From Calditrichia bacterium (GTDB lineage: Bacteria; Calditrichota; Calditrichia; RBG-13-44-9; J075): a stretch of 64,000 nt of DNA. Location: assembly GCA_050633245.1 (NCBI GenBank), contig JBOEGD010000016.1:46-64045 (forward strand). The letters are read 5' to 3'. A model generated the notes under the pieces. That model saw only the letters and a program-made list of their open reading frames with translations. It did not search any database and was not told the origin of the DNA. Of the stretch, positions 40,878-49,394 are shown one piece after another (position 1 is the stretch's first letter; each line of letters starts with the position of its first letter). The position numbers and the translations under genes are program-made.

Positions 40878-43688
40878 ATGAGTTCGCTGTTCGACTTTCA
40901 AAATCGCGATTACAAATATATTATTGGTGTCGACCTCGGCACCACCAATTCCGCCGTAGCCTATGTAGACCTCAGCACCACGCGTCGTGCAATCAACTTT
41001 TTTCGAATTCCGCAACTTGTAGCCGCTGGTGAAATCGCAGAACGCGATATTCAACCCTCGTTTTTATATCTTCCGGGCGCATACGACTTACCTGAAGGCA
41101 GCACAGAACTTCCCTGGGACAAGAAGCGCGCTTATATGGTAGGTGAATTCGCTCGTGAACAGGGGGCAAACGTCCCGTCACGGTTGGTGGCCTCTGCAAA
41201 ATCCTGGCTATGCCATGCCGGTGTAAATCGCAAAGCACCAATCCTGCCTTGGGGGGCACCAGAGGAAATCTCCAAAGTGTCTCCATTGGAAGCCAGCAAA
41301 CGCTATCTGCAGCACATCAAGGAATCCTGGAACCACATGATGGCGAAAGGACGCGAAGATTTTTCCTTTGAAGAGCAGCTGGTAGTCTTAACCGTTCCGG
41401 CATCTTTTGATGAAGTTGCTCGCGAACTTACCGTAACCGCAGCGCAGGAAGCGGGTATTCCGCGAGTAGTGTTATTGGAAGAGCCACTCGCCGCTTTTTA
41501 TGCCTGGCTTTCGGCAAATGAATCGACCTGGCAAGAACAAATGCAGGTTGGGCAGCTCATCCTGGTTTGTGACGTTGGCGGTGGAACAACAGACCTTTCA
41601 CTGGTGGGCATTTTCGAAGGCGAAAAGGGCCTTCGTTTTAATCGCATGGCAGTTGGTGAACACTTGATGCTGGGTGGTGACAATATGGACCTGGCACTTG
41701 GGCGCTACCTCGAGCAAAAGCTGATGGGACAGCCCGGTCAGCTCGACAACCAGCGCTGGCATCAGCTTGTCTATCAATGTCGCAAGGCAAAAGAGACGCT
41801 GCTGGGTAATTCCAACCTGGCTGCTATGGATATTACCGTGATGGGAAGTGCGGGAAAGCTCATCGCCAATACCCTTAAAGGCAACTTTACTCAGGAAGAT
41901 ATTCAGAAAATTATTCTGGAAGGATTTTTTCCGAAAAGTGCGCTGGGCGAAAACCCCGACAATTCTCCACGTAGCGGCCTAACCGACCTCGGACTACCTT
42001 ATGTGCAAGATGCGGCTGTTACACGCCATCTGAGCGCTTTCTGGCGACGGTTTGAGAAGCTGATGCTCGATGAAACAGGCCGCAGCTCGGTATTCCCGGA
42101 TTTCGTACTATTCAATGGTGGTGTTCTCAGCCCGGAACTAATTCGCAATCACATTCGTGGCGTTGTTGGCGACTGGTTTGCACCGCTTGCCGGAGATGGT
42201 TGGACGCCCGCAGAATTAGATAATCCAAGACCAGACTTATCCGTCGCTATCGGCGCCGCATATTATGGAAAAGTTCGCGTCGGTGAAGGCGTGCGCGTCG
42301 GAAGCGGCAGTCCGCGAGCGTACTATTTAAATCTCGATGCAACAGCCGGTAAGGAGAAAGAACTTTGCCTGTTGCCACGCGGCGCCGAGGAAGGCGCAGA
42401 TATTCAGCTATCTTCACATAATTTTGAAGTGCTGACCAATCAACCGGTTGCATTTAACCTTGCGACATCAAGCACGCGGCTGGGTGACAAACTGGGCGAT
42501 GTGGTAAAGCTGGAAAGCGAGGAAAGAACCGCGCTGCCGGCAATTCAAACGGTACTTCGCTACGGCAAGAAGAATGAGGCACGCTCACTTCCCGTTGAAG
42601 TCGCAGTTCGACTTACCGAAATAGGCACGCTGGAGCTTTGGTGCCAGTCAAATGAAAGTGATCATCGCTGGCAGCTGCAGTTCGATGTACGCCTCGAAGC
42701 CGATGCGGCGTCTACTTCAAAAGGCGAGACTATCGACGCGGCATTGGTCGAAGAAGCCAATGCTGCAATAGAGAACACGTTTACCTCTTCGGAAAACGCG
42801 CTAAAACCAAGCAAGTTAATGAACGAACTTGAAGAAACACTCGATATGCAAAAAAATAAATGGCCAACCTCACTTATTCGTAAAATGGCAGACAGCCTCC
42901 TGGGAATGCCGGAAGCGCGAGATCTCTCCTTTGCGCATGAATCCCGCTGGCTTAACCTGCTGGGCTACAGTATGCGGCCTGGATTTGGCGATCCGGTCGA
43001 CGATTGGCGCATCAAGCAGTCCTGGAAGCTCTTTCTACAGGGTTTGCGCAATCCAAAGCAGCCGCAGGTAGTAAGTCAATGGTGGATTTTCTGGCGCCGC
43101 ATTGCCGGTGGACTCAGTGAAGGGCGGCAATCACAAATTTATCAGATGTATGCGCCCCTCGTTCATACCGGCAAAACAGCGAAGAAAAAGAGCGAGTTCG
43201 GTAAGCTCAACCCGCAGCAGGAACTGGAAGTTTGGATGCTGCTGGCAAACCTGGAACATTTACCCAAAAATGCCAAACAGGAATTGGGGCGCATCTTATT
43301 AAAACGTATTGCGAAGGGCAATGCCAAGCCGCAGGAATATTGGGCGCTGGGCCGCTTTGGCGCACGCATCCCTTTTTATGGTCATATCGACAATGCCCTA
43401 TCCGGAGCGGAGGTAGCAAGCTGGTGCGAATCTCTAATGAAGTCCAATCCGCAACTTTCAAATAATACCGCGATGACGTTCGTACACCTGGCGCGTAAAA
43501 CAGGTGATCACACACGCGATCTCTCAGGCGAGGTGTTCGAGAAAGTTGAAAACTGGCTGGCACAATCAGACAAGCAGCGCTATGTTGAATTGCTCAATAA
43601 TCCTTCCGCTGCTCTCGAACAAGACGAAAGAAATCAGCAATTCGGAGAATCTCTTCCATCCGGTCTCATCCTTCAATCCAGCCAATAA
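40878..43688 (+). CDS. Hsp70-family protein (second divergent paralog) with ~330 aa unique C-terminal helical extension
   Basis: 936 aa, 8 bp after the first paralog. NBD motifs YIIGVDLGTTNSAVAY and ...ILVCDVGGGTTDLSLVGI.... SBD-beta-like segment (...RSLPVEVAVRLTEIGTLELWCQSNESDHRWQLQFDV...). A C-terminal extension (...WLNLLGYSMRPGFGDPVDDWRIKQSWKLFLQGL...) has no recognisable family. Confidence 0.8.
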   Translation: MSSLFDFQNRDYKYIIGVDLGTTNSAVAYVDLSTTRRAINFFRIPQLVAAGEIAERDIQPSFLYLPGAYDLPEGSTELPWDKKRAYMVGEFAREQGANVPSRLVASAKSWLCHAGVNRKAPILPWGAPEEISKVSPLEASKRYLQHIKESWNHMMAKGREDFSFEEQLVVLTVPASFDEVARELTVTAAQEAGIPRVVLLEEPLAAFYAWLSANESTWQEQMQVGQLILVCDVGGGTTDLSLVGIFEGEKGLRFNRMAVGEHLMLGGDNMDLALGRYLEQKLMGQPGQLDNQRWHQLVYQCRKAKETLLGNSNLAAMDITVMGSAGKLIANTLKGNFTQEDIQKIILEGFFPKSALGENPDNSPRSGLTDLGLPYVQDAAVTRHLSAFWRRFEKLMLDETGRSSVFPDFVLFNGGVLSPELIRNHIRGVVGDWFAPLAGDGWTPAELDNPRPDLSVAIGAAYYGKVRVGEGVRVGSGSPRAYYLNLDATAGKEKELCLLPRGAEEGADIQLSSHNFEVLTNQPVAFNLATSSTRLGDKLGDVVKLESEERTALPAIQTVLRYGKKNEARSLPVEVAVRLTEIGTLELWCQSNESDHRWQLQFDVRLEADAASTSKGETIDAALVEEANAAIENTFTSSENALKPSKLMNELEETLDMQKNKWPTSLIRKMADSLLGMPEARDLSFAHESRWLNLLGYSMRPGFGDPVDDWRIKQSWKLFLQGLRNPKQPQVVSQWWIFWRRIAGGLSEGRQSQIYQMYAPLVHTGKTAKKKSEFGKLNPQQELEVWMLLANLEHLPKNAKQELGRILLKRIAKGNAKPQEYWALGRFGARIPFYGHIDNALSGAEVASWCESLMKSNPQLSNNTAMTFVHLARKTGDHTRDLSGEVFEKVENWLAQSDKQRYVELLNNPSAALEQDERNQQFGESLPSGLILQSSQ

Positions 43689-43787
43689 TTTGCCTGTTAT
43701 CCTCAAAACCTCTATATTTTTCAAATCTAACCCACCAACCCATCAGGCTGAGTAATCTTCAGCCTCACTGCAACTTGTATTACAACA

Positions 43788-44222
43788 TTGAAGGAGAAGT
43801 CTATGAATTGGACGAAGATTCTAATCGTAACTGCTGCAGGTGGATTTGTTATGTGGCTCTACAGCTTTATTACGCATGGTATGATGCTTGGAAACACCTA
43901 TGCCGGAATGCCGGAAGTATTTGTGCCCGGTGATCAGGGAAATCCGATCAGCTTTTTAGTTGTTCAGGTTTTTGTGGTATTTGCCGGAGCCATGCTGTTT
44001 GCTAAAACGCGTGGTTCATGGGATGAAGGTGCAAAAGGTGGAGCCATGTTTGGTTTCTATTTGGGACTTGTTCCACTCTTTGCCTCGCTGATGAATCCCA
44101 TGATCTTTGCAGATTTCCCTTACTATCTCGGATGGTGCTGGGGAACGATTAGCTTGATTGGCTGGACTCTTGTCGGGGCTCTGGCAGGCGTTCTTTACAA
44201 GCGTACCGATGTAGTCGCTTAA
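43788..44222 (+). CDS. hypothetical 4-TM membrane protein
   Basis: 144 aa with four hydrophobic helices; 100 bp downstream of the Hsp70 pair. Confidence 0.4.
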   Translation: MKEKSMNWTKILIVTAAGGFVMWLYSFITHGMMLGNTYAGMPEVFVPGDQGNPISFLVVQVFVVFAGAMLFAKTRGSWDEGAKGGAMFGFYLGLVPLFASLMNPMIFADFPYYLGWCWGTISLIGWTLVGALAGVLYKRTDVVA

Positions 44223-44230
44223 TAAGACTC

Positions 44231-44279
44231 CCGGCGTCTGACTTTTGGGGGAGAACATTATGTTCATTTCAGACGCCGG
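44231..44279. terminator. stem-loop between convergent genes (possible bidirectional terminator)
   Basis: 11-bp inverted repeat CCGGCGTCTGA / TCAGACGCCGG separated by 27 nt. The loop contains a nested GAACA..TGTTC hairpin. No strong U-tract. Confidence 0.35.
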
Positions 44280-44342
44280 TCGCTGTTCACATTATCGGAA
44301 CAGCGACCGGATTGTTAAGTTATTTTAGTACACTCTCCCGTA

Positions 44343-45092
44343 TTATCTTCCAAAACCAAATCCAAATGTCATATCCAGCACCCACTGACTACCCTCTGCA
44401 TCAAAATCAAGTGCTACGCCGGTTAGGGTAATTGCGGTAAACGTAACCGTCTTCCTCTTGAACCCAAATGTAATGGAATAGTTGGACATAAACGTGGTCA
44501 TTTCCACTCCGAATGTTTCCGTATCCCCCTTAAATCCGTCTTCCACTTCATCGAGCCAATTAACATCACCAATACCGGCAACCAGAAACAACGTAGTTTC
44601 ATTACCGCTTTTAAACCACTGCCATACACGTGGGTTTATCTTAATAAGATATTCCTCAGTGCGATAGTCGAGGTCTACCTCTACCCGTTTACTATCAAGC
44701 TTATGTGTTCCCTTGGCCTTCATGTACTGAATCTGTGCAATATTGCTGAAACCGGCCCGACCACCCCACTGAAAAACAAGGCTGGATAGAATGTCCAGCT
44801 GATTATCGAAGATATCTTCTACGTCAGAAGACCTAAGGTGGCTAAATCCCATTCCCCCCAACGCATGGACATATACAAAGGGCGGCTTGTATCTGCGTTT
44901 TTTACGCTTAACAACCGGCACCTGTTGTTCTGGCACAGCGGTTTGTGACGAGTCACTTTTCGTTTCCCCTATTGAAGGCTTTTGCAAAGAGTCGCTTATA
45001 GAAGAGTCTGGCAATGCAACTGGTTCTTGTGCAACAGCGAGCAAGGTGAAAAGAAACATACCTAAAAGTAGATGTTGAATGAATGGCCTCAT
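44343..45092 (-). CDS. hypothetical outer-membrane beta-barrel protein
   Basis: Start placed at the signal peptide MRPFIQHLLLGMFLFTLLAVAQ (ORF track starts at 45194). The C-terminal half has alternating beta-strand pattern and ends ...DMTFGFGFGR. Confidence 0.45.
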   Translation of the reverse strand: MRPFIQHLLLGMFLFTLLAVAQEPVALPDSSISDSLQKPSIGETKSDSSQTAVPEQQVPVVKRKKRRYKPPFVYVHALGGMGFSHLRSSDVEDIFDNQLDILSSLVFQWGGRAGFSNIAQIQYMKAKGTHKLDSKRVEVDLDYRTEEYLIKINPRVWQWFKSGNETTLFLVAGIGDVNWLDEVEDGFKGDTETFGVEMTTFMSNYSITFGFKRKTVTFTAITLTGVALDFDAEGSQWVLDMTFGFGFGR

Positions 45093-45354
45093 ATGGCTCC
45101 CCTCTATTCCGGTAAGAGAATTGTAAGCTGGTTCCGTGGTCTTACCGATCTTCAAATTATGCGGTGTATGAATCGATAGTCTTACTATTGACAAGTTTCA
45201 TGCCAGCGGGAAAGGTGTGTCAGGACGTTGTTTTAAGCACGCATGTCCCGAATTTGCTACGCTTTTTCTGGAATCATGTAACAAATTTGATACATTCGTG
45301 GATTTGACTTCCGGAACGCTTTCGGTATATTTTAAAAATCAAACTAATCCACGG

Positions 45355-47877
45355 ATGCTACCAATGCGTTTAAAAGGCAATATGTATTCACATCACCTGG
45401 TCATACTATGGCTGACCATGTCGATTGCTCTGTCTGCATTTACAACCTGGATTATTTCACAGAAATCACAGCCATTCAATGTCAACGAGCTGGAGCACTT
45501 TGCCAGCAAGAAAAACAACAATCACTATTTCCACGATTTAGATCGCGACGGATACAGTGAGCGATTTCGCATATCAAATCGCCCCGAAAAGACTTCTCAT
45601 AATATTCTGGTGCGAGACTACGACTCACGCGTCATCGATCAGGCAAACTACCTGGAACCAATCACCAGAGAAGGACTGTATTTTGAAGACATTACGAGAG
45701 ATAACTTTGATGAAGTTTTTGCACTAACCTGGCAGGACGACTCGCTTTTTTTATACATCCACAACCTGCAAACGAAAAAGGCCATCCTGAACAGACAGCA
45801 TGTTGCAATGCCAATGGCAGATTCCGCAAAAGAACGCCAGGTCTATATCTTTTTTCCAATAATGCTTTCCGATGTCGATGGAAATGGCTCAGCCGAATTC
45901 GTTTTCGCTTTATTTGGTAATGACCGATCCACGCGATCGGTCTATGCCTGGGACTTCCATCAGGCAAAAATGATAAAGAGCTTTGCCACGCACGCTGCCT
46001 TTCAGCAGATAAGCCTAGTGGATATGAATGGAGATGGGGAGCAGGAAATCATTATCGCCTCCGGTGCCACCGGTAATTTTCATATCCCGGTTGACTATGG
46101 AGATCAGGAGGCCTGGCTCTTTGTGCTGACAAATAAGCTTGAATTACTTTTTCCGGCAAAGCGTTATATCGAATTCCCAGGACGCATTGCCGCCTCCCCG
46201 CTTTTCATTGGAGATAAAAGCCACATTCTGGTAAGTGAAGCTTATGCAGGCGTGCGTAACCGCGAGAACTTCTTTTACCTTCTGGATAAAAACGGAAACG
46301 TGATTCGTAAAAACCACTCTCCATTGCAATTGAGTCCATACATACAACCTCTGATAGATAATGCGCAAAATCCACCATCACTCTTTTCCAATACACGGGA
46401 CAAGACGTTGATAAAGTTTAATACTGATCTGAACATCGAAGCAAAATTTCGTCCAGCGGGCAAATACATCTTTCCCTTCCTGTTGCAGGATCTCGATAAT
46501 GATGGTCTCAAAGAGGTACTCGCATCAACCGGAGATGAGCTTTTAATCTTTGATAACAATCTGAAGCAGCTCACCAAATGGGATGGAAAAATTGAGCTGT
46601 TAAGCTGGTCTGTTCGCCATACCGGGCCCAATTCACCGGTTGAGTTGATGTTCCGCAGTCCGGATGAAAATTTACAATACCGCATTCAACTGGTAGCGAA
46701 TCCACTGTCCGCACCGGGAACTATTTTTCTTTTTTCGCTGTTGGCATTTGGCCTTTTATGCTGGCTGATCTATCGGGTTTATTTACACAGTTCAGTAAAG
46801 TATCGCGGCTACCGCAGCGCCTTCATGCAGCATGATGGAGCGGTCGGCATTTTTTCACCTGATTTTAAGATCATTCGTTTTAACGCGAACTTTCGCACCG
46901 TTTTTAAAATGCCTGCCGATTTTGCACGGTTTTCAAATCTGAGTAAATCAATGCGGCATCTTCCAGGTGTGGTCAATGCTCTGTTAGAGTGCGTTAAAAC
47001 CACACGAACACTAAGTTTGGAAGTAGCGCCTGACAATACTCAGAGTTTTCCAGGCGGAAAGTTGGTGGTGCGTCCATGGATCGCCTTTCGGCGATGGCCT
47101 TTACTCTATGCGCTGGAATTTCGCCCATCAGAATACTCAGGGAATGATGCACAAACCCAAATTTGGACCAGCTTTATCGCGGAACAAGGTCATACGGTAA
47201 AGAATAACATTGTAGCGCTTCGCAACTTCACCGCTGCCATATTAACGCGCTTGAATGAAAGTCCCGGAGACACGCCAAAAGAAGTATTTGAAGACCTGCA
47301 AAGCTTAAAGCGTAACATTGGTTTTACGATCTCAACGGCTCGGAAGCTGGTCGATTTTTCTCAATATCAACCGCCTGCATATCGCATGGCGGATATCAGC
47401 ATTCCGCTCAAAGAAGCAATCGAAGAATACCAGCGTCAGTTTGCGGCGGGCCCGATATTGGAATATCAAATTGCAGACAATGCCACTCATGCATATACCG
47501 ATGTACTGCATCTAAAGCAAGTTCTACGAGTCCTGTTGCAAAATAGCGCTCGGGAGGCCGGAGACAGCGGCCAGATACAACTTTCGGCACAGTACATCAG
47601 CAATCCTACAATGATTGCCGATTTGTGGGAAGTTGAGATTTGGGATAATGGTAATGGCATTGCACCGAAATCTTTGGAAAAAATATTTGACGCGAATTAC
47701 AGCACCGCCCCCGATGGTAACGGCATGGGTCTTGCTTATGTTAAGCTGATTGTAGAAAACAATCTCGGCAGCATTCGGGCAGAATCGAAGGTTGGTCATT
47801 TTACACGATTCATCGTCCGGCTTCCGGCAACACATGAGGCATTTATACGCTTGAAAGAGGCGGGCAATGAACACTAG
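45355..47877 (+). CDS. sensor histidine kinase with periplasmic FG-GAP/beta-propeller-like repeat domain
   Basis: Start placed at MLPMRLKGNMYSHHLVILWLTMSIALSAF (TM1). The periplasmic region has repeated DxDxDG loops (DLDRDGYSE, DVDGNGSAEFVF, DMNGDGEQEIIIA, DLDNDGLKEVLAS). A second TM helix follows, then the C-terminal HATPase_c (...EIWDNGNGIAPKSLEKIFD...GNGMGLAYVK...). Confidence 0.75.
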   Translation: MLPMRLKGNMYSHHLVILWLTMSIALSAFTTWIISQKSQPFNVNELEHFASKKNNNHYFHDLDRDGYSERFRISNRPEKTSHNILVRDYDSRVIDQANYLEPITREGLYFEDITRDNFDEVFALTWQDDSLFLYIHNLQTKKAILNRQHVAMPMADSAKERQVYIFFPIMLSDVDGNGSAEFVFALFGNDRSTRSVYAWDFHQAKMIKSFATHAAFQQISLVDMNGDGEQEIIIASGATGNFHIPVDYGDQEAWLFVLTNKLELLFPAKRYIEFPGRIAASPLFIGDKSHILVSEAYAGVRNRENFFYLLDKNGNVIRKNHSPLQLSPYIQPLIDNAQNPPSLFSNTRDKTLIKFNTDLNIEAKFRPAGKYIFPFLLQDLDNDGLKEVLASTGDELLIFDNNLKQLTKWDGKIELLSWSVRHTGPNSPVELMFRSPDENLQYRIQLVANPLSAPGTIFLFSLLAFGLLCWLIYRVYLHSSVKYRGYRSAFMQHDGAVGIFSPDFKIIRFNANFRTVFKMPADFARFSNLSKSMRHLPGVVNALLECVKTTRTLSLEVAPDNTQSFPGGKLVVRPWIAFRRWPLLYALEFRPSEYSGNDAQTQIWTSFIAEQGHTVKNNIVALRNFTAAILTRLNESPGDTPKEVFEDLQSLKRNIGFTISTARKLVDFSQYQPPAYRMADISIPLKEAIEEYQRQFAAGPILEYQIADNATHAYTDVLHLKQVLRVLLQNSAREAGDSGQIQLSAQYISNPTMIADLWEVEIWDNGNGIAPKSLEKIFDANYSTAPDGNGMGLAYVKLIVENNLGSIRAESKVGHFTRFIVRLPATHEAFIRLKEAGNEH

Positions 47878-49240
47878 CGTATTGATAATTGATGATAATC
47901 GCGTTTACCTGGAAAGCATTCAGGCCTTTCTAAAGGCAAGACGCGTTCAGGTAGACATCCTGCAAAATCCACTGCATCTGGAAGCAAAGCTGCACCGCAG
48001 CAGCTACCACTGCATTGTATTAGACCTCGTGATGCCGGGTATGGATGGCGAGAAGACGCTGGAGCTGGTTCAAAAGATCGCTCCGGAAATTCCAGTTGTT
48101 CTCAACTCCGGCGCCAGTAATATTGAAACCGCAGTACGCTGCATTAAAAAAGGTGCATTTCATTTCATCGAGAAAAGTGAATCTCCCGAAAGTTTACTAC
48201 AACTTATTCATCTGGCGCAGCGCCAATACCGCCGTACCTATGAAGAAATTGAGGCTTATCGGTTAATCGGCTCCTCAAAGTCGATGGAAAAACTACGTGG
48301 TGATATCAACAAAGTAGCAGACAGCAGCGCAACGGTTTTAATTCTGGGAGAAAGTGGCACCGGCAAGGAACATGTTGCTGGTCTGCTTCATTATCTTAGC
48401 AGCCGGGCCAACGAGCCATTTGTTACACTCAACTGCGCAGCGATTTCCGAGAATCTGATTGAGAGTGAGCTATTCGGACACGTGAAAGGTGCATTTACCG
48501 GTGCCATCCGCGATCAGGATGGAGCATTTATTGCGGCTCATGGCGGGACACTGTTTTTGGATGAGATCGGCGATTTGCCTCAAAGTGCTCAGACCAAGCT
48601 GCTACGCGTGTTAGGTAGCGGAGAGATAAAACGAGTCGGCGACGCTCAAACGCGTACCGTTGACGTGCGAATTGTTGCTGCTACCAATCAGGATCTTAGT
48701 GAGTTAATTCGAGCCGGTACATTTCGTGAAGAGCTTTTCTATCGCCTGAACCAGCTGGTATTACGCACTCCACCACTCCGTGATCATCCCGAAGACATCC
48801 CCGAACTTTCTGAACATTTTCTGCCGGTGGCGAATCGCAAGAACAATCGTTACGTGGCAGCCTTCGCTAAAGACGCAATGTATTTCATACTCAGATATCG
48901 TTGGCCCGGAAATGTAAGGCAGCTACAGAGCGTTATTCTTCGCGCGGTGGCATTTGCCGAGGGAAATGAGATAACGCAGCAGGATGTTTCTGATGCCTTG
49001 GAAGTTACGGAGAACTCACGTAGCAGCAGCCCAAATCAAGAACAAGCCAAGCCAATAGACGTTCAGCCAATGGAAGAAGCGGTTAATGAGTTTCAGCGTC
49101 AGTACGTTATCGCTGCCCTCTATGCCTGTGGCGGCCGCAAAGGTGAAACTGCCGAGAAACTGGGACTAAGTCGGCAGACATTCTATCGGTTGATGGAGAA
49201 GCTGGACCTTAGTAACACCGATTTTAAGCCGGGTAATTGA
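47867..49240 (+). CDS. sigma-54-dependent response regulator (NtrC family)
   Basis: 457 aa with receiver VLIIDDN...VLDLVMPGMDG, AAA+ sigma-54 interaction domain (GESGTGKEHVA, GAFTGA, ESELFGH) and a C-terminal Fis-type HTH. Overlaps the kinase gene by 11 nt. Confidence 0.9.
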   Translation: MNTSVLIIDDNRVYLESIQAFLKARRVQVDILQNPLHLEAKLHRSSYHCIVLDLVMPGMDGEKTLELVQKIAPEIPVVLNSGASNIETAVRCIKKGAFHFIEKSESPESLLQLIHLAQRQYRRTYEEIEAYRLIGSSKSMEKLRGDINKVADSSATVLILGESGTGKEHVAGLLHYLSSRANEPFVTLNCAAISENLIESELFGHVKGAFTGAIRDQDGAFIAAHGGTLFLDEIGDLPQSAQTKLLRVLGSGEIKRVGDAQTRTVDVRIVAATNQDLSELIRAGTFREELFYRLNQLVLRTPPLRDHPEDIPELSEHFLPVANRKNNRYVAAFAKDAMYFILRYRWPGNVRQLQSVILRAVAFAEGNEITQQDVSDALEVTENSRSSSPNQEQAKPIDVQPMEEAVNEFQRQYVIAALYACGGRKGETAEKLGLSRQTFYRLMEKLDLSNTDFKPGN

Positions 49241-49394
49241 TGATGTTACGCACTTCACTAGGCAAGAAGGCTTGTCTTGTAAGGAATACGTCAGTTTAAA
49301 AACATGTGCCATTATTGAAAAAAGTATCCGAGGCACCAGAGATTTGAATCTCCGATGCCCCGTTGTCTAACCTGTCCCATTGTCTGAAGACAGC

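Noticed and set aside
43744-43764. Small perfect hairpin AGGCTGA-N7-TCAGCCT between the second Hsp70 gene and the 4-TM gene
   Set aside because: There is no U-tract after it and it sits ~25 bp before the next RBS. It could be an mRNA structural element, but evidence is too thin to call a terminator.
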